From a virus (taxonomy: Duplodnaviria > Caudoviricetes): DNA of 40,793 bases. Both the position numbers and the translations under genes were made by a program. The notes under the pieces were generated by a model, which saw only the letters and a program-made list of their open reading frames with translations, was not told where the DNA came from and did no database searches. This document shows positions 27,632-35,593 of the stretch, piece by piece. The stretch lies in IMG/VR virus record IMGVR_UViG_3300005512_000093, positions 1-40,793 of that record. The stretch is one strand, 5' to 3'. Numbering within the stretch: position 1 is the stretch's first letter; each line of letters starts with the position of its first letter.

Positions 27632-28977
27632 TGAGTTCACGACTGGACAAGAAGCTGTCTGATTGCGATGAGATGCTCGTCGGGCAAATGTCAGGACTCG
27701 ACATTATCCCGATTGTCGATGTCAGCGAGCCGGATGATGAGAAAAAGAACAAGAAAGCCACGCTTGATGCTTTCGCTGCGCAGTTCATCGGAGACGCTTT
27801 CGCTGCACAAGACAATGCGGTTGAGGCTGCGGCTGAATCCGCTTCGAGCGCCACGAATGCAGCCGCCAGTGAAGCGGCTGCATCTGCAAGCGCATCGGCA
27901 TCACAAACATCAAGGCTTGCTTCAGAGACCGCTATGGTGGCTTCCGAGTCGGCTCGGGACGCATCGGTTGTTGCTAATAATGCGTCCGTAGCCGCAAAGC
28001 AAAGTGCTGAGACTGCAAGGGACGCGGCGCAAACTGCACAAGCAACGGCGGAAGGTGCTCGTGATGATTCCCAGGACGCCCTTGCATCCACAGTGTCCAT
28101 CTATGGCAGCACGCAGGCTGTGGCGTCGGCTGTTGCCTCTACTGAATCAAACGCCGGGCGAGCAGAAACAGCAGCTACGATAGCCGTAGGCGCTGTTGGT
28201 CTTGCCGGAATGAGTGAGGACAGTGCGCTTGCGGCTGCGGCTGAATCCGCTTCGAGCGCCACGAATGCAGCCGCCAGTGAAGCGGCTGCATCTGCAAGCG
28301 CATCGGCATCACAAACATCAAGGCTTGCTTCAGAGACCGCTATGGTGGCTTCCGAGTCGGCTCGGGACGCATCGGTTGTTGCTAATAATGCGTCCGTAGC
28401 CGCAAAGCAAAGTGCTGAGACTGCAAGGGACGCGGCGCAAACTGCACAAGCAACGGCGGAAGGTGCTCGTGATGATTCCCAGGACGCCCTTGCATCCACA
28501 GTGTCCATCTATGGCAGCACGCAGGCTGTGGCGTCGGCTGTTGCCTCTACTGAATCAAACGCCGGGCGAGCAGAAACAGCAGCTACGATAGCCGTAGGCG
28601 CTGTTGGTCTTGCCGGAATGAGTGAGGACAGTGCGCTTGCGGCTGCGAAGGCAGCGAAGGTGTCCGAAGTTTCCGCTGCATCATCTGAAGCAGCAGCAAA
28701 TGTATCGATGCAGGCCTCCGCTATTGCTCGTGACGCTTCTGTGTCTGCAAAGCAAAGTGCTGAGACTGCAAGGGACGCGGCACTCGGCTATCGTAACACT
28801 GCGTCAGATCAAGCAACCACAGCGACGCAGCAAGCAACCAGCGCGACAAACAGTGCTGCTGCTGCGGCACAATCTAAGACGGCATCAGAGGCGGCCCGCG
28901 ACGGATCACAATCTATTTACAATAACTTTTCGGCACAGGTCGATACGTTGACCAAGCTCATTTACGCCACACTTTAA
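27631..28977 (+). CDS. Ala/Ser-rich tail fibre shaft (Stf-like)
   Basis: SATNAAASEAAA / SAETARDAA repeats; directly precedes the DGR target. Confidence 0.75.
   Translation: MSSRLDKKLSDCDEMLVGQMSGLDIIPIVDVSEPDDEKKNKKATLDAFAAQFIGDAFAAQDNAVEAAAESASSATNAAASEAAASASASASQTSRLASETAMVASESARDASVVANNASVAAKQSAETARDAAQTAQATAEGARDDSQDALASTVSIYGSTQAVASAVASTESNAGRAETAATIAVGAVGLAGMSEDSALAAAAESASSATNAAASEAAASASASASQTSRLASETAMVASESARDASVVANNASVAAKQSAETARDAAQTAQATAEGARDDSQDALASTVSIYGSTQAVASAVASTESNAGRAETAATIAVGAVGLAGMSEDSALAAAKAAKVSEVSAASSEAAANVSMQASAIARDASVSAKQSAETARDAALGYRNTASDQATTATQQATSATNSAAAAAQSKTASEAARDGSQSIYNNFSAQVDTLTKLIYATL
27825..28640 (+). repeat. 408-bp (136-aa) tandem duplication, two apparently identical copies
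   Basis: Copies at 27825-28232 and 28233-28640; no differences seen by eye. Confidence 0.9.
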
Positions 28978-28992
28978 ACGGAGTCAAGCATC

Positions 28993-30363
28993 ATGTCAAG
29001 TTCCAGTTTATCACAGTACCGCGAAACATTCATCCAGGCAGCAATCACCAAACTGCTCGCGAAAGATATTGCGGCATCTTCCGATGCGGACCTCCTGCTT
29101 CAGGGTGCGCTACTCAAGACCATGAGCGCGGTATCCGCCTCGTCCGACGATCCCATGGTTAATCTGTACGCCAATGATATTTCACGCCATTATGTTGGCG
29201 TGGCATACAACCGTCTGACCGACACGTTCATTAGGCTTGGCGCATCCCATGCTCAGCCCGTCGGACAGCTCATGGACATGACGCTCTCGCCAGTTTTCAG
29301 CCGACTACGCAGGGTTGTACTTGGAGACTCCGGAGCCGTCTACAAAGGCATCTCGTGGACCGACAAGACCAAATATGATGACGGTACATCCGTTGACCTG
29401 GAAGGCACGAATGGACAGATCATGGTCGAATATCTTCCTGCCTACATCAAGGTCGGCGAGTGGGGAGATTGGGCCTATATCCTCCTGTCTCACATGCCTC
29501 TCTCTGGCTTCTTACTGCACCCGCTGTTCAGCGGATACAGCTCGATCTATCGAGGAGCATACGAAGGCGCCATTTACGACAGTAAGCTTTGCTCCATCTC
29601 TTTATCTCCGGCAGACGGTTTTAGCCCGGTCTATCCAGTCACAACCCGCACAGGAGACTGGGGATACGGTAGCCTTACAACTCAGGCCACTGACACTCTT
29701 GCTCTTGCGCGTGGCGCTGGGTGGCAGCAGGAAGACCTCCTTACAGCCATCTACGAGCGGCAGCTGATGCTTGTCGGGTATGCATCTTTCGATATCCCAG
29801 GTATCGTTGGAGCTGGACGTATCAATCTTTCCTCAGGCTCATGGACAAATGGCAGTTACATCGGAAAGTGCGGTCTCGGTGACGGTGTAGCTGGCTATGC
29901 ATCAGCTGTGCAGAATGGCGGGACAGCAGGGTATGCTACTGATTACTCGCAGGTCCTTGGTATTGAGAACCCATGGGGCAACGTGTGGAAAAGGGTTGCT
30001 GCGCTTATTAACAGCGGAGCCCTGTACTACAAGTCAGCGCCTCCTTACAACTATGGAGCCATTACTGACTGGACGAGGCTTAAAGACGCGCTTGACAATG
30101 ACATTAGTCTCCCAATAGCTACTGGATGGGCAGGTACACCGCACAGCGGTATGGGCATGTGCTTCCCAAAAGACACTACGGGATCAAGCGCAACAAAGAT
30201 GCGTGATTACTACTACTACGCCAGTGGCCTTCGGGTTCCTCTGGTGGGCGGTGCTGCGAATCGCGGGGCGAGTGCGGGTCCGTTCTATTGGGATGCGAAT
30301 TATGCGGCTTCGGATGCGTATGCGGATGTCGGCGGGCGGCTCTGCTTTAAGAAGGCTGCGTAG
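28993..30363 (+). CDS. DGR target, Mtd-like receptor-binding protein with C-type-lectin-fold C-terminus
   Basis: GQIMVEY, YRGAYEG, GIENPWGNVWK, and C-terminal LVGGAANRGASAGPFYWDANYAASDAYADVGGRLCF encoded by the VR. Confidence 0.9.
   Translation: MSSSSLSQYRETFIQAAITKLLAKDIAASSDADLLLQGALLKTMSAVSASSDDPMVNLYANDISRHYVGVAYNRLTDTFIRLGASHAQPVGQLMDMTLSPVFSRLRRVVLGDSGAVYKGISWTDKTKYDDGTSVDLEGTNGQIMVEYLPAYIKVGEWGDWAYILLSHMPLSGFLLHPLFSGYSSIYRGAYEGAIYDSKLCSISLSPADGFSPVYPVTTRTGDWGYGSLTTQATDTLALARGAGWQQEDLLTAIYERQLMLVGYASFDIPGIVGAGRINLSSGSWTNGSYIGKCGLGDGVAGYASAVQNGGTAGYATDYSQVLGIENPWGNVWKRVAALINSGALYYKSAPPYNYGAITDWTRLKDALDNDISLPIATGWAGTPHSGMGMCFPKDTTGSSATKMRDYYYYASGLRVPLVGGAANRGASAGPFYWDANYAASDAYADVGGRLCFKKAA
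30224..30351 (+). repeat. DGR variable repeat (VR), 128 bp
   Basis: Ungapped match to 30421-30548 with 16 mismatches, all where TR has A. Confidence 0.97.
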
Positions 30364-30368
30364 CAGCC
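30354..30368 (+). promoter_or_regulatory. DGR target-recognition hairpin/cruciform
   Basis: GGCTGC-GTA-GCAGCC immediately 3' of VR, overlapping the stop codon; absent after TR. Confidence 0.75.
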
Positions 30369-30420
30369 CGTATGCGTAGGCATTTTTTTCTGTTCTTTCT
30401 GTGGGTGGTTTGGGTCGTTT

Positions 30421-30548
30421 GTGGCCTTCGGGTTCCTCTGGTAGGCAGTAATGCGAATAACGAGGCGAATGCGGGTCCGTTCTATTGGAATGCGAATAAT
30501 GCGGCTTCGAATACGAATGCGAATATCGGCGGGCAGCTCTGCTTTAAG
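30421..30548 (+). ncRNA. DGR template repeat (TR)
   Basis: Intergenic, AAT/AAC-rich copy of VR with 29 adenines, 100 nt upstream of the RT. Confidence 0.97.
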
Positions 30549-30648
30549 TAAGTACCCCCGAACCACCTTGCCTCTCGGCAAAACACAAGACGACCGACCA
30601 CTGTGCTGGTAAGGTGAAACTGAAAGCTCAACGGTCAAAAAGCAGCTT

Positions 30649-31692
30649 ATGAAGCGATACGGCGGATTGTGGGATCAGGTTTGTTCTTTGGAAAACATTG
30701 TGCTGGCTCACCGTAAGGCGAAGCGTGGAAAGGGTCACTATAAGGAAGTGCAGATGGTCGAAGATGATCCTGAACGGTACTTTTCGAAGATCAAACGCAT
30801 GCTTGAGGATCGGTCGTACACTGTAGCTCCGTATCGGGTGATGTTCCGGAAGGAAGGCCGGAAGGTACGCGAGATATGGAAGCTCCCGTATTATCCAGAC
30901 AGGATAATTCACCACTGCCTTATGAATGTGGTTGAACCGATCTGGAAGCGTGAGTTAATTCGTGATACCTATGCTGCAATAAGGGGGCGCGGCATTCATG
31001 ATGGAGTCCGTAGGATTCGAAAGGCGCTTGACGATGATCCTGATGGGACCGCGTATTGCTTGAAGATGGATGTGCGGAAGTTTTATCAGAACATAAGCCC
31101 TGAAGTTCAGAAAGTCGCATTTCGAAGGAAAATCAAGGATCACAATGTGCTATGGCTGTTGGACTGTATCGCTGACAGTGCTCCTGGCGTCCCGATCGGA
31201 AACTATCCGTCACAGCCTATCGGGAACCTGGTTCTTTCTCCGATTGATCACTGGGTGAAGGAGGTTCTCGGTGTGCGATACTATTACCGCTACTGCGATG
31301 ACATCGTAGTCTTTGGTGCTGATAAGGTAGTGTTGCATGCGATCAGGCGTGATGTGGATCTGGCGCTTATGAACATGGGCCTCACAATGAAGGGGAACTG
31401 GCAGGTGTTTCCGGTGGATGTTCGAGGTATTGATTTTCTCGGATATCGGTTCTTTCGCGATTACACTCTTGTCAGGAAGAGCATTGTTCAGGCGTTCAAA
31501 CGTAAGTACAGAAGGCGAAGCGAAAGTTCAATATCGGCATATAACGGGTGGTTCTGCTGGGCAGACACGCATAATCTTCGACAAAAATATAAATGGAGAA
31601 ATACTCATGGTAGGATACAGTTCATCGGAACCAGAGGTAATTGTTGCCCATCAGGGCGGCGTGCAGGTACGATACAACGTGCAGCAGGTTGA
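30649..31692 (+). CDS. DGR reverse transcriptase
   Basis: KVREIWKLPYYPDRIIHH, YCLKMDVRKFY, GVPIGNYPSQ (GxxxSQ), YRYCDD, GIDFLGY. Confidence 0.96.
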   Translation: MKRYGGLWDQVCSLENIVLAHRKAKRGKGHYKEVQMVEDDPERYFSKIKRMLEDRSYTVAPYRVMFRKEGRKVREIWKLPYYPDRIIHHCLMNVVEPIWKRELIRDTYAAIRGRGIHDGVRRIRKALDDDPDGTAYCLKMDVRKFYQNISPEVQKVAFRRKIKDHNVLWLLDCIADSAPGVPIGNYPSQPIGNLVLSPIDHWVKEVLGVRYYYRYCDDIVVFGADKVVLHAIRRDVDLALMNMGLTMKGNWQVFPVDVRGIDFLGYRFFRDYTLVRKSIVQAFKRKYRRRSESSISAYNGWFCWADTHNLRQKYKWRNTHGRIQFIGTRGNCCPSGRRAGTIQRAAG

Positions 31693-31915
31693 GCGCACGG
31701 TTTACGGAGAAGACCCTGTCACTGAGTGGCAGTTCGACTATATCAATGTTCCATCGCTTGATCGAGGTGTACTGATCGACGCGCTCATAACGGAAAAGTA
31801 CTCATATGCGTCACAGATCGGGAAGCTGGCGCTTGATCGCACAAGCGAAGAGTGGCTCGCGTATGACGCCTTCAGGCAGGGGTGCTATGCCGTCGCAAAT
31901 TCGGTCATATCGTGA
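31607..31915 (+). CDS. Small hypothetical protein downstream of the RT (102 aa)
   Basis: GGAG SD at 31595-31598; overlaps the RT 3' end by 86 nt; LITEKYS...EEWLAYDAFR. Confidence 0.7.
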   Translation: MVGYSSSEPEVIVAHQGGVQVRYNVQQVERTVYGEDPVTEWQFDYINVPSLDRGVLIDALITEKYSYASQIGKLALDRTSEEWLAYDAFRQGCYAVANSVIS

Positions 31916-31916
31916 G

Positions 31917-32216
31917 ATGGAACGATTCGCTGATTTTGCTTGCCCTGCTTCCATTATGGATGGTGAGAAGATCAGGATTGATAGGGCACTGACCCGTGAA
32001 CTAACGGTTATGGCGTACCGTATCGACAAGAGCAAGTTTGACGACAAAACAAGGCGTGGCCTGTGTATGACTATGCAGGTGGAGATCGATGGAGAAAAGC
32101 GCGTGATCTTTACAGCATCCGAGGTCTTAATGGACCAGCTCGAAGAACATAAGGATCGGCTCCCATTCCTTGCAACTCTTCAGAAGATCGATGGACGATT
32201 TTACACTTTAACATGA
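31917..32216 (+). CDS. Small protein, candidate DGR accessory factor (99 aa)
   Basis: MERFADF...FTASEVLMDQL...LPFLATL...FYTLT; starts 1 nt after the upstream stop. Confidence 0.65.
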   Translation: MERFADFACPASIMDGEKIRIDRALTRELTVMAYRIDKSKFDDKTRRGLCMTMQVEIDGEKRVIFTASEVLMDQLEEHKDRLPFLATLQKIDGRFYTLT

Positions 32217-32240
32217 ACCCATACTAAACGGCACACCCTC

Positions 32241-32489
32241 ATGCCCCACCGCCTCATCCCGACTATCGGCCACGCCCTCGACGGCACAGTTATTGCTGTC
32301 AGCCTTCTCGTTATCGGGGCTCAGAGTATCGGCGTCCATGTTGATGCATCGGCGATGATAGCCGCTTTCGCCGGCTTGCTTATTGCCATCGGGCGCCTCG
32401 CACTTTACCTCGCACAGGCTTTCAAAGTGTGGGCTGAGGGCAAGTCCCTGCTTAACTCTGGCCGAAACATAGACGAGGGTGAAGCATGA
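32241..32489 (+). CDS. Putative holin / small membrane protein
   Basis: Two hydrophobic segments; ATGA-coupled to the endolysin. Confidence 0.6.
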   Translation: MPHRLIPTIGHALDGTVIAVSLLVIGAQSIGVHVDASAMIAAFAGLLIAIGRLALYLAQAFKVWAEGKSLLNSGRNIDEGEA

Positions 32490-33100
32490 GGCCTTTAACA
32501 GTAATACTGGATAATGGGCACGGAAAAGACACGGCCGGAAAGCGGTCTCCCGTATGGGAAAATGGCACGCAACTCTTCGAGTGGGAGTTCAATCGGGATG
32601 TCGTGAAGCGGGTGCATGATAAGCTGACGAGGGCCGGTGTCGTGTCGTTGAGGCTCGTTCCGGAAACAGGCGACGTGAGTATCACGCATCGAATTATCCG
32701 GTGCAACCGGATCGTTGCGGCGGCGAACAGGGCCGGCGGCCAGTGCGTGCTTGTTTCGGTGCACGCAAATGCAGGCGGAGGGACAGGGTTTGAGGTGCTG
32801 ACGTCGATCGGGAAAACGCGATCCGACGACCTGGCGGAAATCTTCTGCGATCTGTCTCCGAAGTACCTTGTGGGGTTCCCTGTGCGAAAGGATATGGCGG
32901 ACGGTGACGGAGACAAAGAGACGAACGCGGTCTCGATCCTGCCGAAAACGAACTGTCCGGCGGTGCTGACGGAGAATCTGTTCATGGATCGCGAAAAAGA
33001 CTGCCGGTTCATTATGTCGGATGAAGGCCGGGAGGCCGTGGCGGACCTTCACGCCGAGGCGGTGCTGGCTTACGCAAGAAAATACGCGGGAGGCAAGTAA
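32486..33100 (+). CDS. Endolysin, N-acetylmuramoyl-L-alanine amidase (Amidase_3)
   Basis: ILDNGHG...GKRSP, EWEFNR, VSVHANA, PAVLTENLFMD zinc-binding and catalytic residues. Confidence 0.92.
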   Translation: MRPLTVILDNGHGKDTAGKRSPVWENGTQLFEWEFNRDVVKRVHDKLTRAGVVSLRLVPETGDVSITHRIIRCNRIVAAANRAGGQCVLVSVHANAGGGTGFEVLTSIGKTRSDDLAEIFCDLSPKYLVGFPVRKDMADGDGDKETNAVSILPKTNCPAVLTENLFMDREKDCRFIMSDEGREAVADLHAEAVLAYARKYAGGK

Positions 33101-33102
33101 TC

Positions 33103-33639
33103 ATGGCAATCACGCTGAAATCAATCTTAGGGACGATCGGCAGTGTCGCGCCGACCATCGCCAAAGCAATCGGAGGTCCGCTGGCCGGCACTGCTGTCGG
33201 TGCGCTGGCTTCAGCTTTGGGGCTCGGTGGCGATGCGACGGAGCAGGAAGTCGCGGCAGTTATTGCGAAGGCGACGCCTGAGCAGCTAATCGAAATCAAG
33301 AAGGCGGAACACGAGTTCGCATCGAAGATGAAGGAGCTCGACGTCGACCTTACGAAAGCCTTCATTGCGGATACTTCCGATGCGCGGCATACGTTCGGAA
33401 GTAACCAGAATGTGTTCTGGCTCGGGATCGTGATCCTCTGTTCGTTCGCCGCGACGGTTTACGCGGTCCTCGGCGGATACGTCCCCGGAACGGTTTCCGA
33501 GGTCCTGATCGGGACGATTATCGGCTATGTAGCAGCCAACAGCCAACAGGTCGTCGGGTACTTCTTCGGGAGCTCGCAGGGGTCGGCAGATAAAACTGAA
33601 GCGATGGCGAAAGCCGTCTCCGGAATCGGGAAAAAATGA
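33103..33639 (+). CDS. Holin-like membrane protein
   Basis: VAPTIAKAIGGPLAG N-terminus, D..DAR, two TM segments, YFFGSSQGS. Confidence 0.7.
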   Translation: MAITLKSILGTIGSVAPTIAKAIGGPLAGTAVGALASALGLGGDATEQEVAAVIAKATPEQLIEIKKAEHEFASKMKELDVDLTKAFIADTSDARHTFGSNQNVFWLGIVILCSFAATVYAVLGGYVPGTVSEVLIGTIIGYVAANSQQVVGYFFGSSQGSADKTEAMAKAVSGIGKK

Positions 33640-33706
33640 CAGGGTTTTCGTATACTGCACACTAAGCGCCAGGGTTTTCATTCGCACCGTTTTCCTTGGC
33701 TCTATC

Positions 33707-33737
33707 GGCCCTCGCTTCGTCGGGGGCCTTTTTTTTT
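33707..33737 (+). terminator. Intrinsic terminator ending the late operon
   Basis: GGCCCTCG-CTTCGT-CGGGGGCC followed by T9. Confidence 0.85.
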
Positions 33738-33739
33738 GG

Positions 33740-33974
33740 CACTTTCCGTCCCACCGCTGTCCCGCGATTTTCAGTGATGCCTGAAAAGGCGCACCAAATA
33801 AGGACCCCGCTAAGCGCCATCACTTTCTGCCATAAAGTACGACAAGTTCCAGACATTTCATAACTTATCAGCATTCATGGGCTTTTTCAGCCTTTTCTGT
33901 GAGGAAATATACCAGCAATTTCTTACCTTTTTGGTAGTATTTTGATCACTTTCCGTCCCATATCCGTCCCACGA
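33740..33974. other. Candidate attP with integrase arm-type direct repeats
   Basis: 28-bp imperfect direct repeat (23/28) at 33740-33767 and 33947-33974, each holding two CYGTCCCR units; non-coding AT-richer interior; abuts int. Confidence 0.7.
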
Positions 33975-33976
33975 AA

Positions 33977-35080
33977 ATGAACGTAAGTATCATCCAGCGG
34001 AAAATCTCGGGCGGTCGAGTCTCCCTCTATCTCGACTACAGTCTCGGCGGATCCCGCCGTGTCAAAGTATCTCTTGGCATGGCCGTCCCGGAGAGACCAA
34101 GAAGCGCAACGGAGCGCGACGAGAAAGCGCAGGTCATGCAGATAGCTGAGGCCCGGAGATCTGCGGCGTACATCGATCTTCTTAAGGGAGTGCTGCCCAC
34201 GAAAAGAGATGTAGACCGTACCGTGGGAGACTACGCCGTGGAACTGATGGAGCGAAGGAAGAAACCGAAAACCCGGGGAAACTGGGAGCAGCTCATCCGC
34301 TACATCATCTCTGCTGGCATCGACAGGACTCCCCTACCAAGGATCACCGTCCGCGATGCTGTCGCTTTTCGCCTGCACCTGGAGTCATCATCGCTTGCGT
34401 CGTCGTCGGCGTCGGTGTTCTTCGGGCACTTCCGAAGCCTTTTGCGATCGGCGTCCCAAGAGGGCTATATGCCGGAGGATATAACCGGCAAGATCGGGAC
34501 GATCAAGGCGGTACATGCGCAGATCGTCTTCCTTGAACAGCACGAGCTCAACAGGCTCCTTGCTACGCCGATAAAAAACAAGTCCGTCCGATCAGCATTC
34601 GCTCTCTCCTGCTTGACTGGGTTGCGATGGAGCGACATCGTGACTCTCAAGTGGGACCAGGTCCACGACACTCCGAGCGGGCTTGAGATCCGCGTCCGAC
34701 AAAGCAAGACCTCGAAGCTCCTATCGATCCCGCTACATGCCGACACGATCCGATGGATGGGCTCAAGGAGGCCGGACGGACTCGTCTTCCCGCAGATGCT
34801 GCAGTCAGCTCAGGCGAACAACGTCATCAAGCGATGGGCTTCTGCCGCCGGCATCACAAAGCGCGTCCACTTCCACGTCGGCCGACACACCTATGCCACC
34901 CTTGCGCTTGCCTCCGGCATCGATCTCAAAACCGTCAGCCGGATGCTCGGCCACAGCACAATCCGCTCGACAGAGATCTACGCCGAAGTCCTCGGCTCCA
35001 CTCTCCGGCACGCAGCTGGCGCAGTCAAGACCGATGCTCACCCGGATGCGCCAGACCTGCGCATCGTCAAGGGTGTGTGA
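33977..35080 (+). CDS. int: Tyrosine integrase
   Basis: GRVSLYLDY arm-binding N-terminus; TGLRWSD, K, HFHVGRHT, LGHS and TEIYA catalytic set. Confidence 0.95.
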   Translation: MNVSIIQRKISGGRVSLYLDYSLGGSRRVKVSLGMAVPERPRSATERDEKAQVMQIAEARRSAAYIDLLKGVLPTKRDVDRTVGDYAVELMERRKKPKTRGNWEQLIRYIISAGIDRTPLPRITVRDAVAFRLHLESSSLASSSASVFFGHFRSLLRSASQEGYMPEDITGKIGTIKAVHAQIVFLEQHELNRLLATPIKNKSVRSAFALSCLTGLRWSDIVTLKWDQVHDTPSGLEIRVRQSKTSKLLSIPLHADTIRWMGSRRPDGLVFPQMLQSAQANNVIKRWASAAGITKRVHFHVGRHTYATLALASGIDLKTVSRMLGHSTIRSTEIYAEVLGSTLRHAAGAVKTDAHPDAPDLRIVKGV

Positions 35081-35097
35081 CAGGTCGAACCATATTA

Positions 35098-35487
35098 CTA
35101 TAAGCCCGGCTCACCGTCGGGCTTTTTCAGCCCCTCCCCGCATATCGGACAGGATTCACCGTACAGCTCCCGCAGTAAAGCGTCAAGCATCCGCCCGACC
35201 CTCTCGTACTTAAGCGCCTCCTCATCCCTGCCGGTAACGTCCTTAAGGTACATCGGACCAGAACCGGTCAGAAGCCAATCTCGGTTCACACCGAGCCGAT
35301 TAGACATTTTGTCTGCAAGTGTGACGACATTCCGCTTCGGCTTCTCAGCAGGTCGAAAGTATTGCCCCAGGGCATTCTGCGCCCCAATCTCCCTGTCAAG
35401 AGCAGACATCGACTGAAAACCCCGGTCAATCCTGACTGCTTCGACCCGAAGAAATATTTCTTCGAGGTTGTACGATTTGTCTTGCAT
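35098..35487 (-). CDS. CI-like HTH repressor (no peptidase domain)
   Basis: Only convincing minus-strand gene; HTH-like N-terminus ending LGVNRDWLLTGSGPM; divergent from the cro-like gene. Confidence 0.8.
   Translation of the reverse strand: MQDKSYNLEEIFLRVEAVRIDRGFQSMSALDREIGAQNALGQYFRPAEKPKRNVVTLADKMSNRLGVNRDWLLTGSGPMYLKDVTGRDEEALKYERVGRMLDALLRELYGESCPICGEGLKKPDGEPGL
35102..35127 (+). terminator. Terminator between convergent int and repressor genes
   Basis: AAGCCCGGC-TCACC-GTCGGGCTT followed by further Ts. Confidence 0.65.
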
Positions 35488-35510
35488 GATAAAGTCACTT
35501 TGCCTAAATT
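35482..35510 (+). promoter_or_regulatory. Putative early rightward promoter with palindrome in spacer
   Basis: TTGCAT-17-TAAATT; AAAGT-C-ACTTT at 35491-35501. Confidence 0.45.
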
Positions 35511-35530
35511 AATAACGATTCATTCACGGA

Positions 35531-35559
35531 ATGATAGTACCGAGCAAACGGCGAATCAA
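35531..35559 (-). promoter_or_regulatory. Putative leftward (repressor) promoter
   Basis: TTGATT-17-TATCAT on the minus strand. Confidence 0.5.
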
Positions 35560-35593
35560 GCGAAATAGTTCAGCACAAACCGAGCCAAAAACT

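Larger units (their letters stand above)
28993..32216 (+). mobile_element. Diversity-generating retroelement cassette (target/VR - TR - RT - two small ORFs)
   Basis: Adenine-specific VR/TR mismatches, DGR-type RT, hairpin after VR. Confidence 0.95.

Noticed and set aside
27825-28640. Repeats as a CRISPR array or a second DGR VR/TR pair
   Set aside because: In-frame coding tandem duplications with no spacers and no adenine-specific mismatches. I saw no second VR elsewhere by eye, though a BLASTN of TR against the window is needed to be sure.
30649-31692. RT as a group II intron, retron or Abi RT
   Set aside because: Short RT with GxxxSQ motif, no maturase/endonuclease or VTG retron signature, and an adjacent TR/VR pair, which defines a DGR.
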